Program-made: the position numbers and the translations under genes
Notes under the pieces: generated by a model
Database searches by the model: none
Told to the model about the DNA's origin: nothing
The model's input: only the letters and a program-made list of their open reading frames with translations
Shown here: piece after piece, positions 55,819-63,608 of the stretch
Layout of the letters: every line of letters begins with the position of its first letter
How positions within the stretch are numbered: position 1 is the first letter of the stretch
Origin: Candidatus Sulfotelmatobacter sp.
Lineage (GTDB): Bacteria > Patescibacteriota > Microgenomatia > Levybacterales > UBA12049
Direction: 5' to 3'
Assembly (NCBI GenBank): GCA_035568375.1
Contig: DATMOG010000046.1
Coordinates: forward strand, 1 to 63,608
Length of the DNA stretch: 63,608 bases

Positions 55819-57399
55819 TTATACAAGCGTCATCTCAAGAATTTTATCGACACGAAAGTTTCTATCTTCCTTCCTTTTTGAATCAAATCCGATTACACCA
55901 ATATATTGTTTTCCAAGATATTCCATCTCGCCGACAAATGAAGGTTCGATAGTACGCTTTGATTTTTCATCATTTGCTTTGAGATATATGATATCGAGTT
56001 TTTTATGTTCCCGTATAGCCTCTCTAATCAATTGTATTTTCTCTTCAAGCGATAATTTTTCTTCAGATATGCCATATTGATACTTTGTCACAAATTTTAC
56101 AACACGCCAATCCATAAATATGTGTTTCTTCTCAAGTTTTTTCTTAAGAACTATTCCAGTTAGTGTTTTGCATCTGCTTAGTGCGACATACATTTGTCCA
56201 TGCACGAATGTTCCTTTTCCAATATCAATCATTACCTGCTCGAATGTTTTTCCTTGAGATTTGTGAATCGTTACTGCCCAGGAAAGCATGAGTGGATATT
56301 GAGTGAACATGCCAACAGTGTCAGAAATGAGCTTCTTCTCTTTTTGATCATAAGAAAACTTAAACAATTCCCAGGTATGAGGCGTAACAGCAACTTGTAT
56401 TCCTTCTGTTAATGCAACAGTAATAGTATCCTCTTGGTCTTCATTTTGAGAAATCTTACTAATTTTACCAATACTCCCATTTACCCATCTGCCGGCTTGA
56501 TCGTTATTAAGAAGCATGACTTGAGATCCGACTTTCAAAACAAGTTCTTTTGCAGCAGGTTGTAGATTACTATCAAAATCACCTTGGGTATGAGCGTAGA
56601 ATGTATATGGTTTGGTAGTAAGTTTTGATACATGCATTTGATTAATTTCATCAGCGAGCTTATTGGTTGTGGTAAGGGAAATATAGAAGTCATTTGTATT
56701 TGGACTAAATTCAGGATTGTACCTCCTATTAATTTTTTCAAGTTGTGTTTCTGTTATTGAATTGTTGCGAACAGCATTTAGAAGAGTAATAAAATCCTGA
56801 TCTGTCTGGCGGTAATGTTTTTCAAGTTCGATAAACTCCATAGAAAAATCAGAAAACATATGCGCATCGAAAAAGTACTGACTTTTGTAATGAGTTCTAA
56901 ATATTTCCCTCTCACTTCCTGTTACAACAGGAGGGAGTTGGTAAAGATCTCCTATGAAGATCATTTGTGCTCCTCCAAACGGAAGAGAACTTGTTTTACC
57001 GTTTAGTCTCATAAAGCGGTCAATGCAATCCAGAAGGTCTGCGCGAACCATGGATATCTCATCAATGACAATTGCGTCTAAAAGTTTATATACACTTTTT
57101 TCATTTTCTTTGGAGAATCGTTTTTTTACCGTATCGACTGTGATATTTGGTTGAAATTTGAAGAAAGAGTGGATTGTTTGTCCTTTGATATTTAAAGCAG
57201 CAACTCCAGTTGGTGCCAGAATAACTACATTTTTTTTTGTGATAGAGCGAAAATAGGTTAAGAGTGTTGATTTACCGGTTCCCGCTTTTCCAGTTACAAA
57301 TATATTCGCTCTTGTATTTTCCATAAGGTTAAGTGCCTTTTGGAACCGTTCGTTGAGTTCAATATGTAGCTTTATATCATTTAGGTTTTTGTTGGCCAT
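55819..57399 (-). CDS. Pif1/RecD-like SF1B helicase with C-terminal WYL-like domain
   Basis: Walker A GKAGTGKST, DEISMV, GDLYQLPPV, AVTIHKSQGKTF. C-terminus LDIIYLKANDEKSKRTIEPSFVGEMEYLGKQYIGVIGFDSKRKEDRNFRVDKI (WYL-like). Confidence 0.8.
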   Translation of the reverse strand: MANKNLNDIKLHIELNERFQKALNLMENTRANIFVTGKAGTGKSTLLTYFRSITKKNVVILAPTGVAALNIKGQTIHSFFKFQPNITVDTVKKRFSKENEKSVYKLLDAIVIDEISMVRADLLDCIDRFMRLNGKTSSLPFGGAQMIFIGDLYQLPPVVTGSEREIFRTHYKSQYFFDAHMFSDFSMEFIELEKHYRQTDQDFITLLNAVRNNSITETQLEKINRRYNPEFSPNTNDFYISLTTTNKLADEINQMHVSKLTTKPYTFYAHTQGDFDSNLQPAAKELVLKVGSQVMLLNNDQAGRWVNGSIGKISKISQNEDQEDTITVALTEGIQVAVTPHTWELFKFSYDQKEKKLISDTVGMFTQYPLMLSWAVTIHKSQGKTFEQVMIDIGKGTFVHGQMYVALSRCKTLTGIVLKKKLEKKHIFMDWRVVKFVTKYQYGISEEKLSLEEKIQLIREAIREHKKLDIIYLKANDEKSKRTIEPSFVGEMEYLGKQYIGVIGFDSKRKEDRNFRVDKILEMTLV

Positions 57400-57760
57400 A
57401 TGAAAATTTACAGGTAATTAGCTATATGTTCTATTTTACCACGCTTGAATTTTATTTACATTTACGTGTGAAATTATGATTTAATCAGCAATTTTTATGA
57501 TAAAAAATAAGTAATTTGATGGTCATGTGGCTGCTGTCGAATAACGATTCTCACTCTGGGTAAGCTTATATATGATCCTCATCCATCCTGTTTTGTTTTG
57601 TGAACAGTCTTGTCTTTATGATGAGCTGGACTATATATAGTATAAAGTTTGAGGTTGTGAATCATGCGATGGGTCCGTTTTGGCACTGATGGACTATGTA
57701 GAAGGCTTTTTATATATATGCTTATATAATTCTTTTACTACTTTCTTGAGGGAAATTACT

Positions 57761-58198
57761 TTATACGTTATTTGTGCAATTGAACATCCAATGGATGCCA
57801 AATTTATCAGTACATGAACCAAAATACGCTCCCCAAAACATGTCTTGGGGTTGCATTCCCACTTTTCCACCTTCTGAAAGTGTATTGAAATATTTATCGG
57901 CTTCTGCCCGTGTGTCCAGATCCAAACAAATATGAACATTATCTCCTTTAATCAGCTTAAATCCCATTGATTCAGGAGCATCTGTTCCCAAAAGAAGATG
58001 TCCTCCAATAATGGGAAGCTGTACGTTCATAACGAGGTTTTTATCTTCTTCTGAAAGAGGAGGCTGTCCTTCCCCCTCTGGTACTTCTGACATTCGGTGG
58101 ATTCCATCAACAAATTCTGTACCAAAAACTGTTTTATAGAAAGTAAATGCTTCTTCTGTGTTACGGGGAAAATTAAGATAGGTAGTAACTCTTGCCAT
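57761..58198 (-). CDS. VOC/glyoxalase-fold protein (PhnB-like)
   Basis: YLNFPRNTEEAFTFYKTVFG...DMFWGAYFGSCTDKFGIHWM. I prefer the ATG at 58198 (MARVTTYLNF) over the TTG at 58234. Confidence 0.7.
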   Translation of the reverse strand: MARVTTYLNFPRNTEEAFTFYKTVFGTEFVDGIHRMSEVPEGEGQPPLSEEDKNLVMNVQLPIIGGHLLLGTDAPESMGFKLIKGDNVHICLDLDTRAEADKYFNTLSEGGKVGMQPQDMFWGAYFGSCTDKFGIHWMFNCTNNV

Positions 58199-58204
58199 AA
58201 AAAT

Positions 58205-58234
58205 ACTATAGCAAAGAGTATTATTTGCCGTCAA
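58205..58234 (-). promoter_or_regulatory. Promoter TTGACG-N18-TATAGT, 6 nt upstream of ATG 58198 (leaderless-type), embedded in the 3' end of the upstream gene
   Basis: Minus-strand reading: TTGACG (58229-34), TATAGT (58205-10), ATTTTT, ATG. Confidence 0.45.
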
Positions 58235-58722
58235 GCGTTGCCTTTATACGCTTTTTCCAAATCAGCGATAATCACTTTCTTCATTGGCATAAAAACTTCA
58301 AAAACTCGCTTTCGCTGTTCTTCAGTTCCTTGCTTCAACAACTCAGCTAAGTCTTTTGGAACAATTTGCCATGAAAGACCATATTTGTCTTGTAACCAAC
58401 CACATTGTTCTGCTTGCGGAACGGATGACAATTTTTCCCAATAATAATCAATCTCTTCTTGTGTTTTACACTCAACTGAAAAAGACACTGATGGGTTAAA
58501 ATGAAATTCTGGTCCTGCATTAATTGCTATAAAGTGTGTTCCTAAAAGCTCAAACTCAATTGTGAGAAGATCTCCTTTTTTGTGTCCAGTAATATCTTCC
58601 CCTACTTCAGTGTAATAATCTGTTTGTAAAATTTTCGCATCTTTAAAGACTGAGAGATAGAAATCAATTGCTTCTTTTGCATTATTGTTAAACCAAAGGT
58701 TTGGTGTGATGTTTTGTGTCAT
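58231..58722 (-). CDS. VOC-fold protein (3-demethylubiquinone-9 methyltransferase-domain-like family)
   Basis: ITPNLWFNNNAKEAIDFYLSVFKDAKI...CGWLQDKYGLSWQIVP. SD AGGAGGTGAAAAAAC before the ATG. Confidence 0.7.
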   Translation of the reverse strand: MTQNITPNLWFNNNAKEAIDFYLSVFKDAKILQTDYYTEVGEDITGHKKGDLLTIEFELLGTHFIAINAGPEFHFNPSVSFSVECKTQEEIDYYWEKLSSVPQAEQCGWLQDKYGLSWQIVPKDLAELLKQGTEEQRKRVFEVFMPMKKVIIADLEKAYKGNA

Positions 58723-58894
58723 GTTTTTTCACCTCCTTTTATATTTTTGAGTATATCTGTATATTACTAAACTAATATATTTTTGCATAGTAACAAATTA
58801 CTGAGGCTGGCAATTCGAATCCAGGATTCAAGGATGGAAATGATCTTTTTTGGCAAATTGTCAATTGTATATTATTCTGTATAATATATTAGCA

Positions 58895-59245
58895 ATGAAA
58901 ACAATACTTATTGTAGATGACGATAAATTATATAGTGAAGTTTTGCAAAGAGAGCTGACAAAAGCTGGATATAGTGTCCTTACTGCTGAAAATGGAGAAA
59001 TTGCACTGAAACTCGTTGAAAAAAATGCTATACAGCTTATTTTACTTGATCTTTTGATGCCAAAGGTTGATGGAACATCATTCTATTTTCAACTTAACAG
59101 AAAACTAAAGAAACATATTCCAATTATTGTTCTAACAAACCTTCAAGAGAGTGCTGCATATGATGAAGACATCAAAGATGTTCTTATTAAAGTAAATGTT
59201 TCGTTTGCAGAAATTGTCAGTAAAGTAAACGACTATCTTCTCTAA
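58895..59245 (+). CDS. Stand-alone response regulator receiver protein
   Basis: MKTILIVDDDK...LILLDLLMPKVDG...IVLTN. TATAAT (58880-85) lies 9 nt upstream of the ATG. Confidence 0.75.
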   Translation: MKTILIVDDDKLYSEVLQRELTKAGYSVLTAENGEIALKLVEKNAIQLILLDLLMPKVDGTSFYFQLNRKLKKHIPIIVLTNLQESAAYDEDIKDVLIKVNVSFAEIVSKVNDYLL

Positions 59246-61554
59246 AAAATATTCTTTTCGCTTCGGAGATGGGACATGTGAAGAACCCAGAGGCTTAAGT
59301 TTGTGAGCGAAAAAATCAGAAATACCCCAACCTTTTCCCAACCCAAAGCATAACCCAGCGAAATTTCAGAAACAAGAGATGCTATAAGCAAGCTTTCAAA
59401 AAGAAGGGATAGTAGTTTATGCAAAAAAACATTAATTTTTGTTAAAAATGTTGGTTTAAATTGATTTTTTTTGATACTGAGCAAATAGCCTCCTAGTTCA
59501 ATTGCTTGAATATCTGACTCTTTATAAGTTATTGGTTCATATCCCTCTTTCATTACTTCAATTTCATATCCTTTGTTTGGAATCTTTATAAAAATAAAAT
59601 CACCTTGCGCATTGGTTTTTGTATGTGCGAGAATTTTATTTTTTGTATCATCGATTAGATAAATATCAGCATCAGATAATACTTCTGAAGTATTTTCATC
59701 AAAAACTCGTCCTTTAATTTTTTCTCCGAGTGCTCGTTTAATGGCAAGTATTTTTCCTCGATGGATACTATACTCTAATAGTGAATGAAGTGGAATATGA
59801 ATTCGTGAACTCAATGACAGGAGTGTTAGAAGAACAAGTATCATAATTACTAGTAAGGCATTAAATTCAAAAAAGTGACTAGAATTTGCTAATCCCATAA
59901 TATAAATTTTTGATTGATCCGCGACATCTTTCATAGTCGTCCAGTAATAATTGATTGGTGTGACGATATTGAATGGCTCTTCATTCAAATAGACAGTAGG
60001 GTAAACTTGGTTTGCTGATTGACCGATGGTAAATTTTATCTCTTGCTGTCCATAACCAATAGCGCGTACCTTAGCAAGATATTTCCCTTGAGGCAAAGGT
60101 TCACTCATTTGTCCATCTCTGTTTGTATAACTTGGATTTTTAATGGGGAATATGGCAGATGGAAGTATTTGATATATATTTTGTCTCAGATTAAAGTAAT
60201 ACAGAAGAACTTGCGCTCCCTCGATAGGTGTGTGTTTCTGATTATCAAGTACTCGAAATTTTTCAGTTACATGTAACTCTGCGATTTTTTGTTCAACAAT
60301 ATTACCTACAGTATCCGTAATTCTTGCAAATATTTCATAACTACCGGGTAGAATAGGACTCGTAATTCTTCCAATAAAATTGCCTGGCATAAGTTCAATG
60401 GCAGTTGTTGCATCATTACTTTCACTACTTTCAGTAATGCTGTTTGTGCTCATACCAAGAACTTGTTTATTTCGAATGACTATCGAAACATTTCTTATCT
60501 TCGTACTTTTATCAAGCGCAAATTTGAATTCAAAGGCCTGCTGTGTTGGAATAACAACTAGTGGAGTTTTTGTTGAGTTATTGAGCAATAAATACGGATC
60601 AGCTAGGATACTATTGCCACTCGTTATAATAACTGATTTATCAGTAATTGCTGGAATTTGTGAAGGGAGAGCAGTTTTAAATGAGTAAATATCAGAAACA
60701 ATAGTTTGATTTGCTTGATTTTTTGCAATAAATCGCAAAAAATATATTGTATTTGCAGCTAATTTATCAATTAGTATTTCATGATCCGTCGAAAGAGTAT
60801 TTGCATCAAAGGCTATTCCTAAATCGCTGCTTGTTTTCCCATAAGAGATTTTTATTTGAACATGTTGAGATGTTTGTACAAGTAGTTTAATGTTTGAGGC
60901 TGTGAGTGAACGGAGAGTGATATTCGTAAATTGCAAAGTGTTTTGAGGATTCTGCGTGAGATTGTTGGTAGTAGGGGTTGCAGTGATAATCGGTGTTTGC
61001 CTCTCATTAGTACCACTATAACTATATTGTTTACTGATAGCTATTTCTGGTAAAGAAAGTGTATCGGCAAACAGTGTTGCATGTGTATTAAATGTTACGA
61101 TATCCGATCCTGTATACGCATTATTCATGCGTAATTGAAACACCGCTGTTTTGTCTGTTGTCTGTGCGGGAAATGAAGTAATGGGCCAGGTAATTTTTTT
61201 ATTTATCATATCTACTATTGCAGGTGTTGTGCCGTTTGTAGTTGATGCACTGTTTGGTACATACTCAGCTATTGCATATGGAGTTGTATCCCCTTGTATA
61301 TTCCCATCGTCCCAGGTTGCTTGTAGTGTCAGTGGAGTTGGGTAATAGAGATGAGAACCATAGCTAATTTGATAGGTAATACTATCACCATTGACTACTG
61401 GATTTTTGATTGTTGGTGTCATAAATTGCAACTGAAAATCTGATAGCTTGGGTACTATAGATCCAGTCACCTGTACTGTTTGAGCAAAGGTAATACTTGC
61501 TGTAGTTAAAAAAAGGAGGAGAACAAGAAGAAGCGATCTTACTAAAATTTTCAC
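59242..61554 (-). CDS. Large secreted/membrane-anchored surface protein with carboxypeptidase-regulatory-like (Ig/prealbumin-like) domains
   Basis: Signal peptide MKILVRSLLLVLLLFLTTASITFA. Two CarboxypepD_reg-like units (GAQVLLYY...RDGQMSEPLPQGKYLAKVRAIGY and GRVFDENTSEVLSDADIYLID...NAQGDFIFIKIPNKGYEIEVMKEGYE). C-terminal TM helices. Confidence 0.6.
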   Translation of the reverse strand: MKILVRSLLLVLLLFLTTASITFAQTVQVTGSIVPKLSDFQLQFMTPTIKNPVVNGDSITYQISYGSHLYYPTPLTLQATWDDGNIQGDTTPYAIAEYVPNSASTTNGTTPAIVDMINKKITWPITSFPAQTTDKTAVFQLRMNNAYTGSDIVTFNTHATLFADTLSLPEIAISKQYSYSGTNERQTPIITATPTTNNLTQNPQNTLQFTNITLRSLTASNIKLLVQTSQHVQIKISYGKTSSDLGIAFDANTLSTDHEILIDKLAANTIYFLRFIAKNQANQTIVSDIYSFKTALPSQIPAITDKSVIITSGNSILADPYLLLNNSTKTPLVVIPTQQAFEFKFALDKSTKIRNVSIVIRNKQVLGMSTNSITESSESNDATTAIELMPGNFIGRITSPILPGSYEIFARITDTVGNIVEQKIAELHVTEKFRVLDNQKHTPIEGAQVLLYYFNLRQNIYQILPSAIFPIKNPSYTNRDGQMSEPLPQGKYLAKVRAIGYGQQEIKFTIGQSANQVYPTVYLNEEPFNIVTPINYYWTTMKDVADQSKIYIMGLANSSHFFEFNALLVIMILVLLTLLSLSSRIHIPLHSLLEYSIHRGKILAIKRALGEKIKGRVFDENTSEVLSDADIYLIDDTKNKILAHTKTNAQGDFIFIKIPNKGYEIEVMKEGYEPITYKESDIQAIELGGYLLSIKKNQFKPTFLTKINVFLHKLLSLLFESLLIASLVSEISLGYALGWEKVGVFLIFSLTNLSLWVLHMSHLRSEKNIF

Positions 61555-61649
61555 CTTTATAGCATACTAGATATTTTTATTGTATAGCAAGGACTAAAGG
61601 CTTAAAAGTAATCTATGAAGGAAAGAAAATATATGGAATAATAGATATT

Positions 61650-62225
61650 ATGAAACGTTGGATTAGCGGGTTAGCAATTATTATTCTAGGCTTAAGCTGG
61701 TATTTTTTTTCACAAGGTAACCAACCATTACACGATGCGCTTTCAAATGAAAAAAAAGTTGCCAGTTTAACAAAATTACTCAATCGAGAACCTCAATTGC
61801 AAGATAAAAAAATAGCAACAGAATGGGTTACTTATAATGGGAAATATATTCATTTTTCTTACCCAAAGGCAATTACTCGTTATCAGATAGCATCTCCATC
61901 AGCACAAATAGTTGCATCTTTCCAAGGAAACATGGTGGATCACGAAGGAACAATCAGTATACAAGTTATAAAAATGCCTGATATACAAACGCTTGAGGAA
62001 TACCCATCTGTTTCCTTAAGAATGAATCAGAAAAATATATATAAACAAAATTCACTAAAAGTGCAAAGTAGTACAGGAATTGCTTTTACAAAAACGATAG
62101 ACTTAGCAGAAAAATCATGTTTTTTTTATACAAATGGAATGATATATACCCTTGCAGTTTCAGGAAATTCGATTGCAGATATAGAACCTATTTATAATCG
62201 AATACTCCTCTCACTCTCTTTTTGA
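61650..62225 (+). CDS. Hypothetical membrane-anchored protein
   Basis: N-terminal TM WISGLAIIILGLSWYFF. No motif. Confidence 0.45.
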   Translation: MKRWISGLAIIILGLSWYFFSQGNQPLHDALSNEKKVASLTKLLNREPQLQDKKIATEWVTYNGKYIHFSYPKAITRYQIASPSAQIVASFQGNMVDHEGTISIQVIKMPDIQTLEEYPSVSLRMNQKNIYKQNSLKVQSSTGIAFTKTIDLAEKSCFFYTNGMIYTLAVSGNSIADIEPIYNRILLSLSF

Positions 62226-63149
62226 TTTTTTTATCTTTGTGTATAAAGAAAACAAAAAGACTACTATGAACAATATGCCACTAACAGTAATCACTGGAAA
62301 TATTCCTTCAGAGAAAAATTGCACAGATTGCGTGCGTTGTTTTTGTGTTTTTCCAAAATGAAGAGACAGTGTCGCTGTATACATACCAGGAAGTAATATA
62401 TTACTCGTTTTTCTAATGGATATATCATACTGTCTGATACTTTCTGGAAGTGTCATAGCAGAGCTTTCGTTGAGTGTTCCTTTAGCAATCGTAAACCCAA
62501 AAAAATCTTTTATTGTGACACTTCCATAAGGTGTCAGCTCGCTATTACCGGTATTTTGAAAACGTAGTAAAAATGTTTTTGGAAAAGCAAACCATTCTTG
62601 GACAGGAAAAAATCTTTGTATGAGTGCTTCTTCATTTTCTTGACCAGTATTTGTTCGAATAAAAAGGAGACTGGATAAAACTCCTTGCAGCTGAATATTT
62701 TTATTATCTTTTTTGCTGATGAGACGAGCAAGAATTGTTGCATAATGTCCTCCAGGAGTTAAGTGTTTTTTATTGATAAATACTTTCACGCTTTCCGCTT
62801 TGTGAGGAGAGATTGTAAGTATTTGTTTTTCAAAAGTAATCCATTCTGAAAGTCGATATCGGTAATTTTTTGCATTTCTCCCCTCTAGATACGAAAGGGT
62901 ATACCCATCTTCAAGCTCAGTGAAATCTGCTGCACTCAATGTGAGCAGTATAGTTTGGTTAGTGTCATTTGTGTATACTAATTCAGTTTCAGGGGCATCA
63001 GTTTGTAAATCAAGATGTATCAATGACGGTGTTACGCTAATAAGATTTTTTGTAGTTTGTGCAGTTATGCCTTTTGGGAAAAGTAAAGAAGCCATGAGAA
63101 AAAGAAAAAAAATGCAAAGAAGTGAATAATAGTTATTTTTTAGTATCAT
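62211..63149 (-). CDS. Cell-surface protein, DUF916-like architecture (signal peptide, beta-rich ectodomain, C-terminal TM plus basic tail)
   Basis: Signal LLCIFFLFLMASLLFPKGITAQ. C-terminal anchor ILFIVVFLFSLYTKIKKSKRE. Confidence 0.45.
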   Translation of the reverse strand: MILKNNYYSLLCIFFLFLMASLLFPKGITAQTTKNLISVTPSLIHLDLQTDAPETELVYTNDTNQTILLTLSAADFTELEDGYTLSYLEGRNAKNYRYRLSEWITFEKQILTISPHKAESVKVFINKKHLTPGGHYATILARLISKKDNKNIQLQGVLSSLLFIRTNTGQENEEALIQRFFPVQEWFAFPKTFLLRFQNTGNSELTPYGSVTIKDFFGFTIAKGTLNESSAMTLPESIRQYDISIRKTSNILLPGMYTATLSLHFGKTQKQRTQSVQFFSEGIFPVITVSGILFIVVFLFSLYTKIKKSKRE

Positions 63150-63608
63150 TTATCAATTACTGCTTTATACTTTTTAAGCTCTTTTTTAACATATTGTTTA
63201 AGCAGATATCGAATCAATACTATTAATACAATAAGAACAATGACTATACCAAAAATCATAGTATAGGGAATAACCCAAAATGTTGTTATTGCCTCAATGG
63301 TAATATCTCTCGTCCCATTATCATAAACAGCGAGCAAATGAGCGGTATATTTACCAAAACGAAAGCTCGTTATTTTATTCCAATTAACCACAAGATGAGT
63401 TATAAGTTTTCCATTTTGATCAACCTTCGGCTCACCATCTTGAATAATAGGTTCATTGACCAGAAAACCATCTGTCCATCTACTGTTAAAGGCTCGTTTG
63501 TTACCCGGTAGAATGCTTCCTAATTCACTATTAACATTGAGTATCCCTAAATCTTTTTCACCCGGTCCACGAATAAAAATATTTCCCTGTGGCTTTATAT
63601 GAACATTG
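63146..63608 (-). CDS. Surface protein with C-terminal TM anchor (partial; N-terminus beyond window end)
   Basis: The track shows only 81 aa from a GTG. My translation shows the frame stays open upstream to 63608 (...NVHIKPQGNIFIRGPGEKDLGILNVNSELGSILPGNKRAFNSRWTDGFLVNEPIIQDGEPKVDQNGKLITHLVVNWNK...). 4-nt overlap with the next gene. Confidence 0.5.
   Translation of the reverse strand, partial: NVHIKPQGNIFIRGPGEKDLGILNVNSELGSILPGNKRAFNSRWTDGFLVNEPIIQDGEPKVDQNGKLITHLVVNWNKITSFRFGKYTAHLLAVYDNGTRDITIEAITTFWVIPYTMIFGIVIVLIVLIVLIRYLLKQYVKKELKKYKAVIDK

Noticed and set aside
55268-57760. Looked for a reverse transcriptase, retron ncRNA or DGR template/variable repeats near the helicase-WYL gene and in the flanking AT-rich spacers.
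   Set aside because: No ORF has RT motifs (YxDD) and I noticed no near-identical repeat pair with A-specific mismatches.
1-63608. Search for CRISPR arrays, tRNA, rRNA, tmRNA, RNase P or SRP RNA signatures in all spacers larger than 150 bp.
   Set aside because: I saw no regularly spaced direct repeats, no cloverleaf-like GC-rich segments and no conserved RNA boxes by eye. A covariance-model scan would be needed to be certain.

Overview
Low-GC, gene-dense bacterial window. The gene content is short HolB and Obg, pilB-pilT-pilC, a CxxC-x17-CxxC protein, a DUF5678/retropepsin pair and many orphan proteins. By inference this resembles a Candidate Phyla Radiation (Patescibacteria)-type genome. I found no rRNA, tRNA or CRISPR array. 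Layout: 1-11 kb holds cell-wall amidase, holB, a YcaQ-like glycosylase and the type IV pilus ATPase/platform genes. 11-25 kb holds orphan response regulators and kinases, a 906-aa multi-HTH protein, an acyltransferase, GlcG, a YrdC-like protein, and an OmpR-RR / 34-aa ORF / kinase / terpene-synthase-like operon. 25.9-29.7 kb is a Fur-family regulator plus metal ABC importer operon. 29.8-36.1 kb holds a 1284-aa orphan, a 90-aa ORF and a convergent Clp-like AAA+ ATPase. 36.2-44.9 kb holds orphan genes, a nicotianamine-synthase-like gene, obg and a CxxC-x17-CxxC protein. 42.4-58.7 kb is an accessory, decaying region: GIY-YIG, AbiEii-type and HicAB-type modules, a frameshifted IS1595 transposase, a sigma-factor pseudogene, an RloB fragment, a Pif1-WYL helicase, a retropepsin/DUF5678 pair and VOC proteins. 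59.2-63.6 kb is a cell-surface protein cluster. The best lead is a near-identical Fur-type palindromic operator inside three consensus promoters that bracket the giant-orphan/AAA+ block and tie it to the metal-uptake operon. Other leads are a two-component operon coupled to a terpene-synthase-like fusion protein, a promoter-plus-terminator-defined candidate sRNA, and at least 8 genes with a -10 box 6-7 nt from the ATG (leaderless-type). All functions come from motif recognition by eye, with no database search.
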